From contig JAUXTO010000017.1 of the NCBI GenBank assembly GCA_030679255.1, positions 1,925-65,924 on the forward strand: DNA of 64,000 nt, in the 5' to 3' direction. Made by a program: the position numbers and the translations under genes. Each line of letters opens with the position of its first letter. The first letter of the stretch is position 1. The notes beneath the pieces were generated by a model, which ran no database searches, had not been told where the DNA came from, and saw only the letters and a program-made list of their open reading frames with translations. Of this stretch, positions 1-9,458 are shown piece by piece. The stretch is from Candidatus Gottesmanbacteria bacterium (GTDB lineage Bacteria; Patescibacteriota; Microgenomatia; UBA10105; UBA927).

Positions 1-1903
1 GGATTTGCTCGTGGCGTTCTCTCGTCGGAAACCGGGCATCGACGAGATTGACGAGAAACACAACCCCGAACTCAAGACCCTTGGCAGAATGAATCGTGAG
101 GATATTCACGGCATTATTTTCCGTCCAGTCCATATCTGTAGCCGTAGGAGACTCCCCAAGGTTCATGAGTAAATCTATCCAATCGACGACAGCAAAGACG
201 CTAGCGTCATCGTGTTCTCCTTCATACGTCTTGAGTTTCGCGAAAAACTTCGCGATATTTGCCGCGGCTCTCTCTTCTTTCACCGTTTTGTACGTCGTCA
301 TCTGAGTGAGGAGCCCGGTATCCTGCAAAAAATAGTAGAGAATCTGCCCCGCTGTTTCTTTTTTGATAAGCCCCAAATGCCGATGAATCATTGTCACTAT
401 TTTTTTTATATTTTCGTCCGTACTTCCTTCACATACTTCAAATACTGATGTTCCAAACTTTCTGGATTCAATCATGAGCGCGGCTACATCGCGGGGTGAT
501 ACCCCTGCCCATTCCATCGTCAGCACGCGATAGATTGCGACATTATCTTCAAAATTATAGAGAACTTTAAGATACGCAATGAGATCCTTCACTTCGGGCT
601 GCCGAAACAGTTGTCCCGGTCCTAAAAATTGAAACGGTATCCCTGCCCTGCCGAGCGCCCTGGCAAACGGCTCCGCGTGACTATTCGCCCGCACAAGTAT
701 CGCAAAATCCTTCCACTCGTATTCTGCTCCGTCACTTTTGACTTTCCCGTCTGCAACGCTTTGCGTAGCATTGCGGGCAGGTGACTTTTGACTTTTGACT
801 TCCCGCGCCACTTCCTCCGCCTCGTTTTCCACCCTGTCTGTATAAATGACTTCCACCTTCTCGCCCTTTATTCTCCGCATGCTCTCGAGTTTCTTATCGA
901 TGTTTTCCGCGACTTCCAAGCGATCCGGATTATTATGCTGAATAAGGTCATAAGACCGGTCAAGAATTTCTTTGGTCGACCGGTAATTTTTTGTGAGCAC
1001 AATGATCTTGGATTTCGGGAAGCGCTTACGAAACTGAATGATGTTGCTTATGGCCGCTCCCCGCCACCGGTATATGGCCTGATCATCATCCCCCACGACC
1101 GTGATGTTTTTCCGCGTTCCCGCGAGAAGGATAGCCATTTCATTCTGCGCGAAGTTCGTGTCCTGAAATTCATCTATGAGGATGTACTTGAACTGCTCTT
1201 GATACCGGGCCAGGATATTTTTGCGCGTCCGGAAGAGTTTGAGCGTGTTGGCGATGAGGTCAGAATAATCCGCGAGTCCCTCTTTCACCTTCAGCTCTTC
1301 GTAGGTTTTATATGCTTGGGCAAGTTCTTGAAATTTTTCCTTTTCTTCCGCATCTTCACTTTTGACTTTTGACTTTTGACTTTTGACTTTCTGAACATAC
1401 CGTAGGTATTGTTCAGGACTCACATCCTCATCTTTAAGTCTTGAAAAATGTTGCATCATACCGGCAATAAATTTATTCGGGTTGCCAAGCGGGCGAAAAT
1501 ACGTAAGAGTAAACTTGAATATGTTTTTCCGGAAAAAGAGGATGGTTTCTGCCTCTGTCATGAGCCGGAACCCGGGATCCAATCCTATATTGATGCCTTC
1601 ATTGCGGAGAATCCTGTCACAAAACGCGTGGAAGGTGCTGATCCACATCTGTGTAGTGCCAAAGGGAAGCGCCATATCCACGCGCTCTTCCATTTCCCGG
1701 CTGGCTTTCTCTGTGAATGTGAGGGCGAGAATTTCTTGAGGCTTGGCGAGGCCAGACGTGATAAGATGCTTGATCCGCTCGGTAACGACCGTGGTCTTCC
1801 CCGTCCCCGCACCGGCAATGATGAGAAGCGGCCCCTGCCCGAAAACCACGGCCTTTTTCTGCTCAGTATTCAATTGTCTCTCTTCTACAGGAGTCTTTGC
1901 CAT
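1..1903 (-). CDS. uvrD: ATP-dependent DNA helicase, UvrD/PcrA family (runs off the window start; 3' part missing)
   Basis: Not in the ORF track because it has no stop in the window. Manual minus-strand translation from ATG 1903: MAKTPVEERQLNTEQKKAV...LIIAGAGTGKTT (motif I), LALTFTEKA, ISTFHAFC, ILIDEFQDTN (II), VVGDDDQAIYRWRGA (III), LTKNYRS, LTIHSAKGLEF (V). Confidence 0.93.
   Translation of the reverse strand, partial: MAKTPVEERQLNTEQKKAVVFGQGPLLIIAGAGTGKTTVVTERIKHLITSGLAKPQEILALTFTEKASREMEERVDMALPFGTTQMWISTFHAFCDRILRNEGINIGLDPGFRLMTEAETILFFRKNIFKFTLTYFRPLGNPNKFIAGMMQHFSRLKDEDVSPEQYLRYVQKVKSQKSKVKSEDAEEKEKFQELAQAYKTYEELKVKEGLADYSDLIANTLKLFRTRKNILARYQEQFKYILIDEFQDTNFAQNEMAILLAGTRKNITVVGDDDQAIYRWRGAAISNIIQFRKRFPKSKIIVLTKNYRSTKEILDRSYDLIQHNNPDRLEVAENIDKKLESMRRIKGEKVEVIYTDRVENEAEEVAREVKSQKSPARNATQSVADGKVKSDGAEYEWKDFAILVRANSHAEPFARALGRAGIPFQFLGPGQLFRQPEVKDLIAYLKVLYNFEDNVAIYRVLTMEWAGVSPRDVAALMIESRKFGTSVFEVCEGSTDENIKKIVTMIHRHLGLIKKETAGQILYYFLQDTGLLTQMTTYKTVKEERAAANIAKFFAKLKTYEGEHDDASVFAVVDWIDLLMNLGESPTATDMDWTENNAVNILTIHSAKGLEFGVVFLVNLVDARFPTRERHEQI
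734..801. repeat. ACTTTTG heptamer run interrupted by a 36-nt GC-rich hairpin (746-781), in frame inside the helicase
   Basis: Minus strand reads GTCAAAAGTCAAAAGTCA-[CCTGCCCGCAATGCTACGCAAAGCGTTGCAGACGGG]-AAAGTCAAAAGT, encoding KSQKSPARNATQSVADGKVKS. Confidence 0.85.
1358..1390. repeat. (ACTTTTG)4+ heptamer tandem repeat, in frame inside the helicase
   Basis: Directly visible; encodes KVKSQKSKVKS. Confidence 0.9.
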
Positions 1904-1983
1904 TACAAAGGCATTATAGACGAGTTGCGGGTTTTCTCAAGGCCACACCTTCACCGGACTGGATAGTGATAAAATGAGAAAAA

Positions 1984-2445
1984 TTAGGGAATTTGGGGGA
2001 TTTAGGGTATTTAGTATGAATACACCAATGGGACAGTCGAGGCCGGGTTACGAGTATTTAATCGTCTACATGCTGGGAAAAGTTATTCAGGATCTGACAT
2101 TCCAGTTCTGCCAACGGTTCTTAAAATCCCCCAAAGACCCTACATACCCTAATTTTAAACTCGTTGAACAGGTCAACGGAGCCGCACGCAGTAATCCACA
2201 AAATGTCGCCGAAGGATATACCGGTGAGTCACTTAGTAGTTATATTATGCTCGTGGGAGTCGCCAATGGTTCCAACGAAGAATTGGCCAAAGACCTAGAA
2301 GATTATTTGCGTCAACGCAATCTCCCGATCTGGGGGAAAGACCATCCGAAAGTTAGGGAATTTAGGGCATTTAGGGTTTTTTGGCTCCCAAATTCCCCAA
2401 ACTCCCAAAGCTCTCCAAGTTCCCCAAATTCCCTAAATACCCCAA
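1984..2445. repeat. Degenerate 9-nt-period arrays: TTAGGGAAT-like at 1984-2014 and 2353-2380, complementary CCCAAATTC-like at 2388-2445
   Basis: Directly visible. The internal arrays are in frame (VREFRAFRVF...PNSPNSQSSPSSPNSLNTP). Confidence 0.8.
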
Positions 2446-2612
2446 TATTGTCTTCCGACCCCGCAGAAGCCGCCAATATGGTTTTGACTTTTTGCAGGAT
2501 GGAGGGATATTTATTGTCACAACACATCAAAAGTCTGGAGGTAAAACACGCCAAAGAGGGTGGCTTCCGGGAAAACCTCCTCAAAAAACGCTTGGACTAT
2601 CGGAGAAAATAA
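2016..2612 (+). CDS. Four-helix-bundle protein (TIGR02436 / 23S rRNA IVP-like family) with four-helix-bundle suffix domain
   Basis: GYEYLIVY, EQVNGAARSNPQNVAEG, VANGSNEELAKDLEDYLRQRNL.IW.KD, EAANMVL, C-terminal EGGFRENL..R. Start could alternatively be 1974. Confidence 0.8.
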   Translation: MNTPMGQSRPGYEYLIVYMLGKVIQDLTFQFCQRFLKSPKDPTYPNFKLVEQVNGAARSNPQNVAEGYTGESLSSYIMLVGVANGSNEELAKDLEDYLRQRNLPIWGKDHPKVREFRAFRVFWLPNSPNSQSSPSSPNSLNTPILSSDPAEAANMVLTFCRMEGYLLSQHIKSLEVKHAKEGGFRENLLKKRLDYRRK

Positions 2613-2661
2613 AAAAACGTGCGTCGCATCCCTTCTCCTGCACTTTTTTTATCGAGAGAAA

Positions 2662-3228
2662 TCAAGAATGAGTTTTGATAAGAATCTTTTCGAGAAGCTC
2701 CGGGAATTGTTTATATTTATTCCCAGGGCATGTGGTCATACTGAAGTGTCCTTGACCCTTCACAACAACAAGCTCTGCTCCCAGAAGTTGTTGGAGTTTT
2801 CTCCCGTGCCATAATGGAACATAGGGATCATTATCCGAATGAAACAATACAAATTTCTTTGCCCTTCTCCGTATCGTATTCCATACAAATGGTTTAACAA
2901 ACATTTCTTTTACTGGAGGAAAATCCAAATCGTCGGTAAATCCGGCGATCAAAAAAGCTCTATCGATAACGACATCGTCTGGCAATGCTTCCAAAAGCCC
3001 CAAGATTGCAACTGCTCCGGATGAATGACCAACAATAATTGACTCGTGATCAAGCTTCCATTGGGAAAAAATGAATTGATTATAGCGTTCGATGTTAGGT
3101 GTTTCAGCCCCTGGTAAATTTGGCGCCCATACGCGATAATTCCGATTTTCTAATTCTTTTTTCAACCACGGTATCCAGTTTCTCGTAGCATCATTGGCGG
3201 TTCCGTGGAGAATAAGTGCATTTTTCAT
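2662..3228 (-). CDS. Alpha/beta serine hydrolase, RBBP9/YdeN family
   Basis: ILHG, NWIPWLK, VGHSSG nucleophile elbow, HSDNDPYVP, GHF. Confidence 0.85.
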   Translation of the reverse strand: MKNALILHGTANDATRNWIPWLKKELENRNYRVWAPNLPGAETPNIERYNQFIFSQWKLDHESIIVGHSSGAVAILGLLEALPDDVVIDRAFLIAGFTDDLDFPPVKEMFVKPFVWNTIRRRAKKFVLFHSDNDPYVPLWHGRKLQQLLGAELVVVKGQGHFSMTTCPGNKYKQFPELLEKILIKTHS

Positions 3229-3401
3229 ATGCCTTTTTGTATCGACGCAATGTTTTGTCTTTGTTCCTGTCTCTTATACAAATATTGACGAATTGCCTCC
3301 CGAATAAATTCGCTCCTGGTTTTCGATTGCTCTTTAGCAAGGCGATCCATCTGACGTAAAAGGGTTGTAGGGATGGAGAAATTTATCATTTGTGTATCCA
3401 T
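3225..3401 (-). CDS. Ribbon-helix-helix (CopG-like) regulator, 58 aa
   Basis: Manual translation (below ORF-track cutoff): MDTQMINFSIPTTLLRQMDRLAKEQSKTRSEFIREAIRQYL...; the stop overlaps the hydrolase ATG (ATGA). Confidence 0.8.
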   Translation of the reverse strand: MDTQMINFSIPTTLLRQMDRLAKEQSKTRSEFIREAIRQYLYKRQEQRQNIASIQKGI

Positions 3402-3435
3402 ATAGTGATATTATATAAACTTTATATAACTTTTG

Positions 3436-4479
3436 TCAAGATGCTTTTGGGAGTATCTCGGGACGGTCTTCTTCCGAACGATCCCCAATCACGCGCGTTT
3501 GCACGAGCTTTTGACCAAGAAGGTTAAATGATGACGACACGCTGCTCATGCTGTTATGGGCGTTGGTGATGTGACGGCCGAGGACTCCAAGGTTTTCCTC
3601 GACTTTCCCATAATCTTTTTGGATTGCGCGAAGGAGTTGGAATACCTGCTTGGATTTCTGTTCGAGATCCTTTCCCTGAAAACTTAGCAGCAATACCTGC
3701 AGATGCGCGTACAGCGTATTCGGAGATACGGGATAGACGCGGAGTTTCCGGGCGTATCCCATGAGTTCCTCCATATTGGCTATCTCGTAGTAGACGGATT
3801 CGGAAGGGATGTACATGAGCGCAAAATCCATGGTACCCTCCTCCGGCAAAATATATTTTTTAGATATATCCCCCACATGTTTTTTAACGTCCGCCATAAA
3901 CTCGCGCTTCGCACGGGATCGGATATCTTCCGTTTCCCCTTTATGCATGAGGGAAAAATTTTCCATGGGAAACTTGGAATCAATGCAGAGGAGCCCGGCG
4001 TCAGTCTTAAGCACCGCATCCACTTTCATACCGGATTTGAATGAGTACTGGAGGTGAAATGAATTTTTGGGGAAGGTCTGTCCAATCATATCGGTGAGCA
4101 CCTGTTCGCCGATATTGCCGCGGAGTTTCGGCGACTGGAGGAATTCCTGAAGGCTCCGAATACCACGGCCGACCTCACTCATTTCCCCTAAATTCTTCTT
4201 GAGGTCTCCAATGACTCGAGCGGCAGTATCAAGCCGTTCATTGAGCTGTTTTCCGTTTTCCTGAAGCAATCGAGAGACATCCCCGGTTTGTCCCCGCATC
4301 GCCTCGTTAAGCGTTTTGTTCGTATGCTCAACGGAGGCCTGCATGCTCTTGAGCCATTCCGTCATCGTCGTATCTTCTTTTTTGCTTCCTAGCTTGTCTA
4401 ACCCGCCTCTTACTAACCATCCAAGGACAATAAATCCCATCACAATCACAATAATGAGGATAAGAAAATCCGGTTGCAT
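3436..4479 (-). CDS. rmuC: DNA recombination protein RmuC
   Basis: N-terminal TM helix, coiled coil, PKLRGNIGE, IDSKFP, KYILPEEGTMDFALMYIPSESVYYE, VSPNTL. Confidence 0.9.
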   Translation of the reverse strand: MQPDFLILIIVIVMGFIVLGWLVRGGLDKLGSKKEDTTMTEWLKSMQASVEHTNKTLNEAMRGQTGDVSRLLQENGKQLNERLDTAARVIGDLKKNLGEMSEVGRGIRSLQEFLQSPKLRGNIGEQVLTDMIGQTFPKNSFHLQYSFKSGMKVDAVLKTDAGLLCIDSKFPMENFSLMHKGETEDIRSRAKREFMADVKKHVGDISKKYILPEEGTMDFALMYIPSESVYYEIANMEELMGYARKLRVYPVSPNTLYAHLQVLLLSFQGKDLEQKSKQVFQLLRAIQKDYGKVEENLGVLGRHITNAHNSMSSVSSSFNLLGQKLVQTRVIGDRSEEDRPEILPKAS

Positions 4480-4529
4480 AGTTCACGAGCATTGTATCAC
4501 CTACATAAAACATCCTACAATGAAACGGT

Positions 4530-4838
4530 ATGCTTCGATCTCACCATTCCGTCCGGTGGCTCTTTGTGTGTATTTCCGGCATCAGTGCGCTTGCCTGGTT
4601 TACTAACTCTTATACCCCTGATTCGTGGCAGGCGGTAATCACAATATTTATTATAATCACTATCATCATAACAAGCTTTCTCCTCTATTTTCTCAATACT
4701 GTGCGACATATTCTTCTCATAACCGCAGGTATTCTTATTCTTCTCATTCTCAGATATTGGGGACTCCGGGAGATCATTTACCCCATGCTTCTCATCGCTT
4801 CTCTCCTCTCCCTTGAGCTCATGCTCCGGAAGCGGTAA
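4530..4838 (+). CDS. Small integral membrane protein
   Basis: Three to four hydrophobic segments; TACAAT just upstream; fills the gap before metG. Confidence 0.65.
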   Translation: MLRSHHSVRWLFVCISGISALAWFTNSYTPDSWQAVITIFIIITIIITSFLLYFLNTVRHILLITAGILILLILRYWGLREIIYPMLLIASLLSLELMLRKR

Positions 4839-4847
4839 AATCGCATC

Positions 4848-6308
4848 ATGACAAAAAAATTCTATCTCCACAGCGCGATACCGTATGTAAACGCGGCTCC
4901 GCACATCGGACACGCACAGGAGTTTGTCTACTCAGACGTTATCAGACGATATCACACGCTTCTTGGTGAAGACGTCCTATATCTTTGCGGAGCTGATGAA
5001 AATGGGCTAAAGATTATTCAAGCCGCTCAAAAGGCTGGCGTTGAACCACATAAATTCTGCGATATTCATCAGCAAGAATTTCTTGACGTAGCCAAAAAAC
5101 TCAGTGTTCACTTTGATATCTGGCAGCGCGGGACAAATAAAAATCATTTTTTATCTTCACAAAAACTGTGGGAGCTCTGCGTAAAAAACGGAGATATTTA
5201 TAAAAAATCTTATGAGGGACTCTACTGCGTGGGTTGTGAGGCTTTTTATACATCCGATGAACTCAGTAAAAACGGAGAATGCTTTGAACATCCCGGCAAA
5301 AAACTTGATCGGGTTGCAGAAGAAAATTATTTTTTTCGGTTGTCAAAATATCAAAAATTTTTCGAGGAGTTAATCTTTACTGACACTCTCACGATTATTC
5401 CTCAAAGCAGAAAAAATGAGATGGTAGCCTTAATAAAAAAAGGCTTAGAAGATTTTTCTATTTCGCGCACTAAAGAACGGGCCAAAGGATGGGGAGTGCC
5501 TGTCCCGGGAGATACTGATCAAATTATGTATGTTTGGTTTGACGCAAACAACATCTATTACAGTGGAATTGGTTTAGGCTGGAATGATGAACTTTTTGCC
5601 AAGTGGGCACCGGCCGACCTTATGGTCATAGGCAAAGGAATCTTACGCTTTCATGCAATTTACTGGCCTGCGGTCCTCAAATCCGCAGGACTCCCTTTAC
5701 CTAAACAGCTCTTTGCCCATGGGTATCTCACGGTCGATGGACAAAAAATGAGTAAAACGGTTGGCAACGTAGTAGATCCCATAAAAGTTATTGAACAATA
5801 TGGAACGGACGCAGTCCGGTATTATCTCGCCCGCGAAATACCAAGCTATAGCGATGGGGATTATTCCGACCGGCGATTTAAGGAACTCTACAATGCCGAC
5901 TTGGCAAATGGGTTAGGCAATTTAGTAGCACGGGTGGGAAAAATGGCGGAAGGAAAAAGCTTTCAGCTTTCAGCTACTCGCCTCGCTCAAGCTCCGGCGA
6001 AGCGGGTCAGCTTTCAGCAAGTAAACAGTGGAGACTATAAAAAGGCGCTTGAGCAATATCGGTTTAATGATGCGTTGGCGTATGTATGGGAAAAAGTGAA
6101 AGCCGCGGATAAACATATCGATGAACATGAGCCATGGAAATTGAAGGGCGACGCGCTCCATGACGTTCTTGAAACATCCATCAACCAAATTATAGAAATC
6201 GCGACCCTCCTCCAACCGTTTCTCCCGGATACCGCAGAAAAAGTCTTGAACCAGTTTTCTACACAACCAATACAGCCGCAGCCATCCCTGTTCCCCCGCA
6301 TTACATAA
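4848..6308 (+). CDS. metG: Methionyl-tRNA synthetase (short form)
   Basis: IPYVNAAPHIGH, YEGLYCVGCE, YVWFDA, GKGILRFHAIYWPA, KMSKT. Confidence 0.97.
   Translation: MTKKFYLHSAIPYVNAAPHIGHAQEFVYSDVIRRYHTLLGEDVLYLCGADENGLKIIQAAQKAGVEPHKFCDIHQQEFLDVAKKLSVHFDIWQRGTNKNHFLSSQKLWELCVKNGDIYKKSYEGLYCVGCEAFYTSDELSKNGECFEHPGKKLDRVAEENYFFRLSKYQKFFEELIFTDTLTIIPQSRKNEMVALIKKGLEDFSISRTKERAKGWGVPVPGDTDQIMYVWFDANNIYYSGIGLGWNDELFAKWAPADLMVIGKGILRFHAIYWPAVLKSAGLPLPKQLFAHGYLTVDGQKMSKTVGNVVDPIKVIEQYGTDAVRYYLAREIPSYSDGDYSDRRFKELYNADLANGLGNLVARVGKMAEGKSFQLSATRLAQAPAKRVSFQQVNSGDYKKALEQYRFNDALAYVWEKVKAADKHIDEHEPWKLKGDALHDVLETSINQIIEIATLLQPFLPDTAEKVLNQFSTQPIQPQPSLFPRIT
5958..6018. repeat. TCAGCTT heptamer run interrupted by a 32-nt hairpin (5976-6007), in frame in metG
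   Basis: Reverse complement of the hairpin is ACCCGCTTCGCCGGAGCTTGAGCGAGGCGAGT, the same family as 36551 and 45233; encodes SFQLSATRLAQAPAKRVSFQQ. Confidence 0.85.
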
Positions 6309-6334
6309 TCGCTATTTGATTATTGGTAGTATTT

Positions 6335-7132
6335 ATGTTCATCGACACTCATTGCCACCTCAATTTTCCCCAATACGATACGGATCAGGCGATGGTCATC
6401 GGTAATGCCAAAAAAGCCGGAGTCAAACAATTTATTAATCCGGGCGTTGATCTCTTTTCTTCGCTGCAAGCCGTCAACCTTGCAAAAAAACACGTGGGCG
6501 TCATATTCGCCGCAGTGGGAATCCACCCGTATGAAGCCCAGCACGACCCCGATGTCCGCGAGTTAGAAAAAATAATTATCGAAACCATGAAAAAACGAGG
6601 TAACGAACCTTCGCCACTCGTCGCTATTGGCGAATGCGGACTGGATTATCATCAATACTCCGGAGAACAAGCTCTTGGTAAAAAAGACAAACAGAAGCGG
6701 CTATTTGCCGAACAACTGGAGCTTGCGCTCAAGTATGATCTCCCGGTCATCTTCCATTGCCGCGATGGGTATGATGATTTTTTTGACGTACTGGACAGCC
6801 TTCCATCGCAACCACGCGGGGTCATCCATTGCTTTTCCGGAGGGCTCCAGGAGGTGCGGCAGGCACAAAAACGGGAATTTTTTGTAGGATTTGACGGCAA
6901 CGTCACCTACTCGAAACACCTCCAATCCATCATCCCTTCCATTCCCCTATCGATGATCCTTCTCGAAACGGATTCCCCGTACTTGACTCCTGCCCCCCAC
7001 CGCGGCTCGCGCAATGAACCCAAGTATATTCCGCTAATAGCCACAGAAATCGCACGACTTCATGGGGTATCCGTCAAAAAAGTCGAGGAGGCAACGACAG
7101 CAAACGCCCGCACCCTCTTCCAAATATCCTAA
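6335..7132 (+). CDS. tatD: TatD family metal-dependent DNase
   Basis: IDTHCHL, GIHP, AIGECGLDY, HCR, VIHCFSG, LLETDSPYL, RNEP. Confidence 0.95.
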   Translation: MFIDTHCHLNFPQYDTDQAMVIGNAKKAGVKQFINPGVDLFSSLQAVNLAKKHVGVIFAAVGIHPYEAQHDPDVRELEKIIIETMKKRGNEPSPLVAIGECGLDYHQYSGEQALGKKDKQKRLFAEQLELALKYDLPVIFHCRDGYDDFFDVLDSLPSQPRGVIHCFSGGLQEVRQAQKREFFVGFDGNVTYSKHLQSIIPSIPLSMILLETDSPYLTPAPHRGSRNEPKYIPLIATEIARLHGVSVKKVEEATTANARTLFQIS

Positions 7133-7157
7133 GCTCTTAGTAATATAATCAAGGACC

Positions 7158-7226
7158 TATCATCCTCGGGCTTGACTCGAGGATCCAGCTCAAAAAACTT
7201 GGATTCCCGCTTTCGCGGGAATGACA
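7158..7226. repeat. Double-hairpin REP/RPE-like element (intergenic)
   Basis: TCATCCTCGGGCTTGACTCGAGGATCCAG...TGGATTCCCGCTTTCGCGGGAATGACA; same architecture as 29400-29465. Confidence 0.85.
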
Positions 7227-7237
7227 ACAAGAAAAAT

Positions 7238-7936
7238 ATGACTATTTCCGTCATCATTCCGGCTTACAACGAAGAAAAATATCTTCCTCGCACCCTTGAC
7301 TCTATCCATCGTCTCGATAGAATACCTGATGACATCCTCGTCGTAGACGGCGGATCAACGGATAAAACAGCCGCCGTTGCCAAGGCACACGGAGCCCGCG
7401 TCATTACAATCCCTCATCGGGGCATAGGGTTTGCCCGTCAACAAGGATTAGAGGCGGCAAAAAGTGATATTGTTGCATTCACCGATGCTGATACGCTCGT
7501 TCCCACTAATTGGCTCACCATCATTGAGGCCACCCTTTCAAAACCGAATGTGGTAGGTGTATTTGGCAACTTTATCGTCCCCGACGGAAAACTTCCGTAC
7601 AGAATTTACGTCAATACAATACAACAAATTGGCAATTGGCTTTGGTGGCACGTAGTACGCATTCCCTGGGCACCAGGACAAAATACTGCTTTTATCCGTA
7701 CCGCCGGATTAAAGGTTGGCGGATATCCAATTGATTTCAAAATCGCCGAGGATATAGAGATGGCCAGACGTCTCATGAAAATAGGTAAACTCGTATATAG
7801 ACCTGACCTTATCGTCACGAGTTCCGGCCGCCGCGGCAATGAGGGAATTGGGCTGTTGACACGGGCATTAAAAGTATTTATTTATTATTTCCTATTCCGC
7901 CGAGCTGATATCATCGGATTTCCGGACATTCGATAA
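7238..7936 (+). CDS. Glycosyltransferase family 2
   Basis: ISVIIPAYNEE, VVDGGSTD, FTDAD, AED, SSGRR. Start moved downstream of the repeat element. Confidence 0.92.
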   Translation: MTISVIIPAYNEEKYLPRTLDSIHRLDRIPDDILVVDGGSTDKTAAVAKAHGARVITIPHRGIGFARQQGLEAAKSDIVAFTDADTLVPTNWLTIIEATLSKPNVVGVFGNFIVPDGKLPYRIYVNTIQQIGNWLWWHVVRIPWAPGQNTAFIRTAGLKVGGYPIDFKIAEDIEMARRLMKIGKLVYRPDLIVTSSGRRGNEGIGLLTRALKVFIYYFLFRRADIIGFPDIR

Positions 7937-7969
7937 TAATCTTAAGAGTGGTATAATAAGAGCGTATTT

Positions 7970-9451
7970 ATGCGCCAACTCTTTACACGGTATCCCAATA
8001 AAACACGCCGGTTCCTCGAGATTATCGTGCCGGGCACGAGCTGGCTTCTCATTACCATGCCCCTCTGGCTCTCGTTCTCCCATCCGGCGATGGTTGCCTA
8101 CCTCATCATCACATTCGACGTCTACTGGTTATATAAATCCTTTACGCTTGCCATCCACGCAATCAAGTCGTTTCTTACTCTCCAGGCCCATGTCAAAGTC
8201 GATTGGCGCGCGCAGGCCCAAATCACTCCGGGGTTCTCCGGCCTCCATCACGCCATCATCATACCGCAATACAGTGAGCCTATTCATATCCTCCGCCGGA
8301 CTCTTGAAAATTTATTGAAACAAGACTATCCACACGACCGGCTCGTTATTGTGCTTGCCACCGAAGATAAAGATCCTAACGCAAGGGAGACCGGCACCCT
8401 TCTGAAAGAAGAATTTGAGAATAAATTCGGCCATTTCCTCGTCACGCGTCATATCCTCCATCACGGTGAAGTCGCCGGAAAATCAAGTAATATGGCCTGG
8501 GCCGCCAAACGGTTAGTCCGCCAGCTGGCGGATTGGCATATACCCGTCGACCGGATCACCGTCACGTCCTGCGACGCGGACGCACTGCCGCACCCCAAAT
8601 ATTTCTCGGCTCTTACGTGCCAATTTCTTGACGATCCGGATCGGGAGTTCCATTTTTATCAAGGTGCAATTCTTTTTTATTCCAATATCTGGCGGATCCC
8701 GCTCCCTACCCGGGTCATTAACACGTTGGGAAGTATTTGGAATTTGGCGCTCCTGTCCCAACAAAGCAGATTTATCAATTTTTCTACCTACTCCCTATCT
8801 CTGGCGACGGCAGTCCGCGTCGGGTACTGGGATGTGGACGTCATCCCGGAAGATTATCATTTATTTTTTAAAGTGTACTTTGCCTTAGGAGAAAAAGTCG
8901 CCACCCGCGGGATATTTTTGCCTGTCCTGGTTGACGCAGCCGAGAGCCGGACATTTATCGGTACGCTCATCAATCAGTATGAACAATCCAAACGCTGGGC
9001 GTGGGGCGTCTCGGACATCCCCTATGTCATCCGGGGTGTATTTCTCAACAATCACATAGCCCTTCATGACCGGCTGCGACGGCTCCTCTTCCTCCTCGAG
9101 CATCACATTTTCTGGCCCTCCAATTGGTTTATCCTGACGTTGGGAAGCGCTATCCCTCCCATCCTCAATCCCGCGTTCGGCAGGACGGTGTTGGGCCACA
9201 ATCTCGCGCAGATTTCCTCCGGCATTCTCACGCTATCAGCGGTCTTTCTGCTGGTCGTTATTGTAATTGACCTGCGGGTAAAACCCCCGCGACCAAAGGA
9301 GTTTGCTGCCTGGAAACTACCGTTTCTCTATCTCCAATGGCTCACGCTTCCGATCGTTTCATTTTTTCTCGCAGCGCTCCCGGGCCTCGATGCGCACACA
9401 AGACTTATGCTTGGAAAACGTCTGGAATATCGGGTGACAGAAAAGGTATAA
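7970..9451 (+). CDS. Membrane-bound processive-type GT2 glycosyltransferase
   Basis: GKSSN, DAD, IPED, QSKRWAWG (QxxRW motif), N- and C-terminal TM helices. Confidence 0.88.
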   Translation: MRQLFTRYPNKTRRFLEIIVPGTSWLLITMPLWLSFSHPAMVAYLIITFDVYWLYKSFTLAIHAIKSFLTLQAHVKVDWRAQAQITPGFSGLHHAIIIPQYSEPIHILRRTLENLLKQDYPHDRLVIVLATEDKDPNARETGTLLKEEFENKFGHFLVTRHILHHGEVAGKSSNMAWAAKRLVRQLADWHIPVDRITVTSCDADALPHPKYFSALTCQFLDDPDREFHFYQGAILFYSNIWRIPLPTRVINTLGSIWNLALLSQQSRFINFSTYSLSLATAVRVGYWDVDVIPEDYHLFFKVYFALGEKVATRGIFLPVLVDAAESRTFIGTLINQYEQSKRWAWGVSDIPYVIRGVFLNNHIALHDRLRRLLFLLEHHIFWPSNWFILTLGSAIPPILNPAFGRTVLGHNLAQISSGILTLSAVFLLVVIVIDLRVKPPRPKEFAAWKLPFLYLQWLTLPIVSFFLAALPGLDAHTRLMLGKRLEYRVTEKV

Positions 9452-9458
9452 TAAACAC

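Noticed and set aside
96-1966. Plus-strand ORFs of up to 194 aa at the window start
   Set aside because: They are antisense shadows of the minus-strand UvrD/PcrA gene.
1984-2445. TTAGGG resembling telomeric repeats
   Set aside because: The period is 9 nt and degenerate, not tandem hexamers.
2016-2612. Diversity-generating retroelement or 23S rRNA intervening sequence
   Set aside because: No reverse transcriptase, no TR/VR pair with adenine-specific mismatches and no rRNA in the window.
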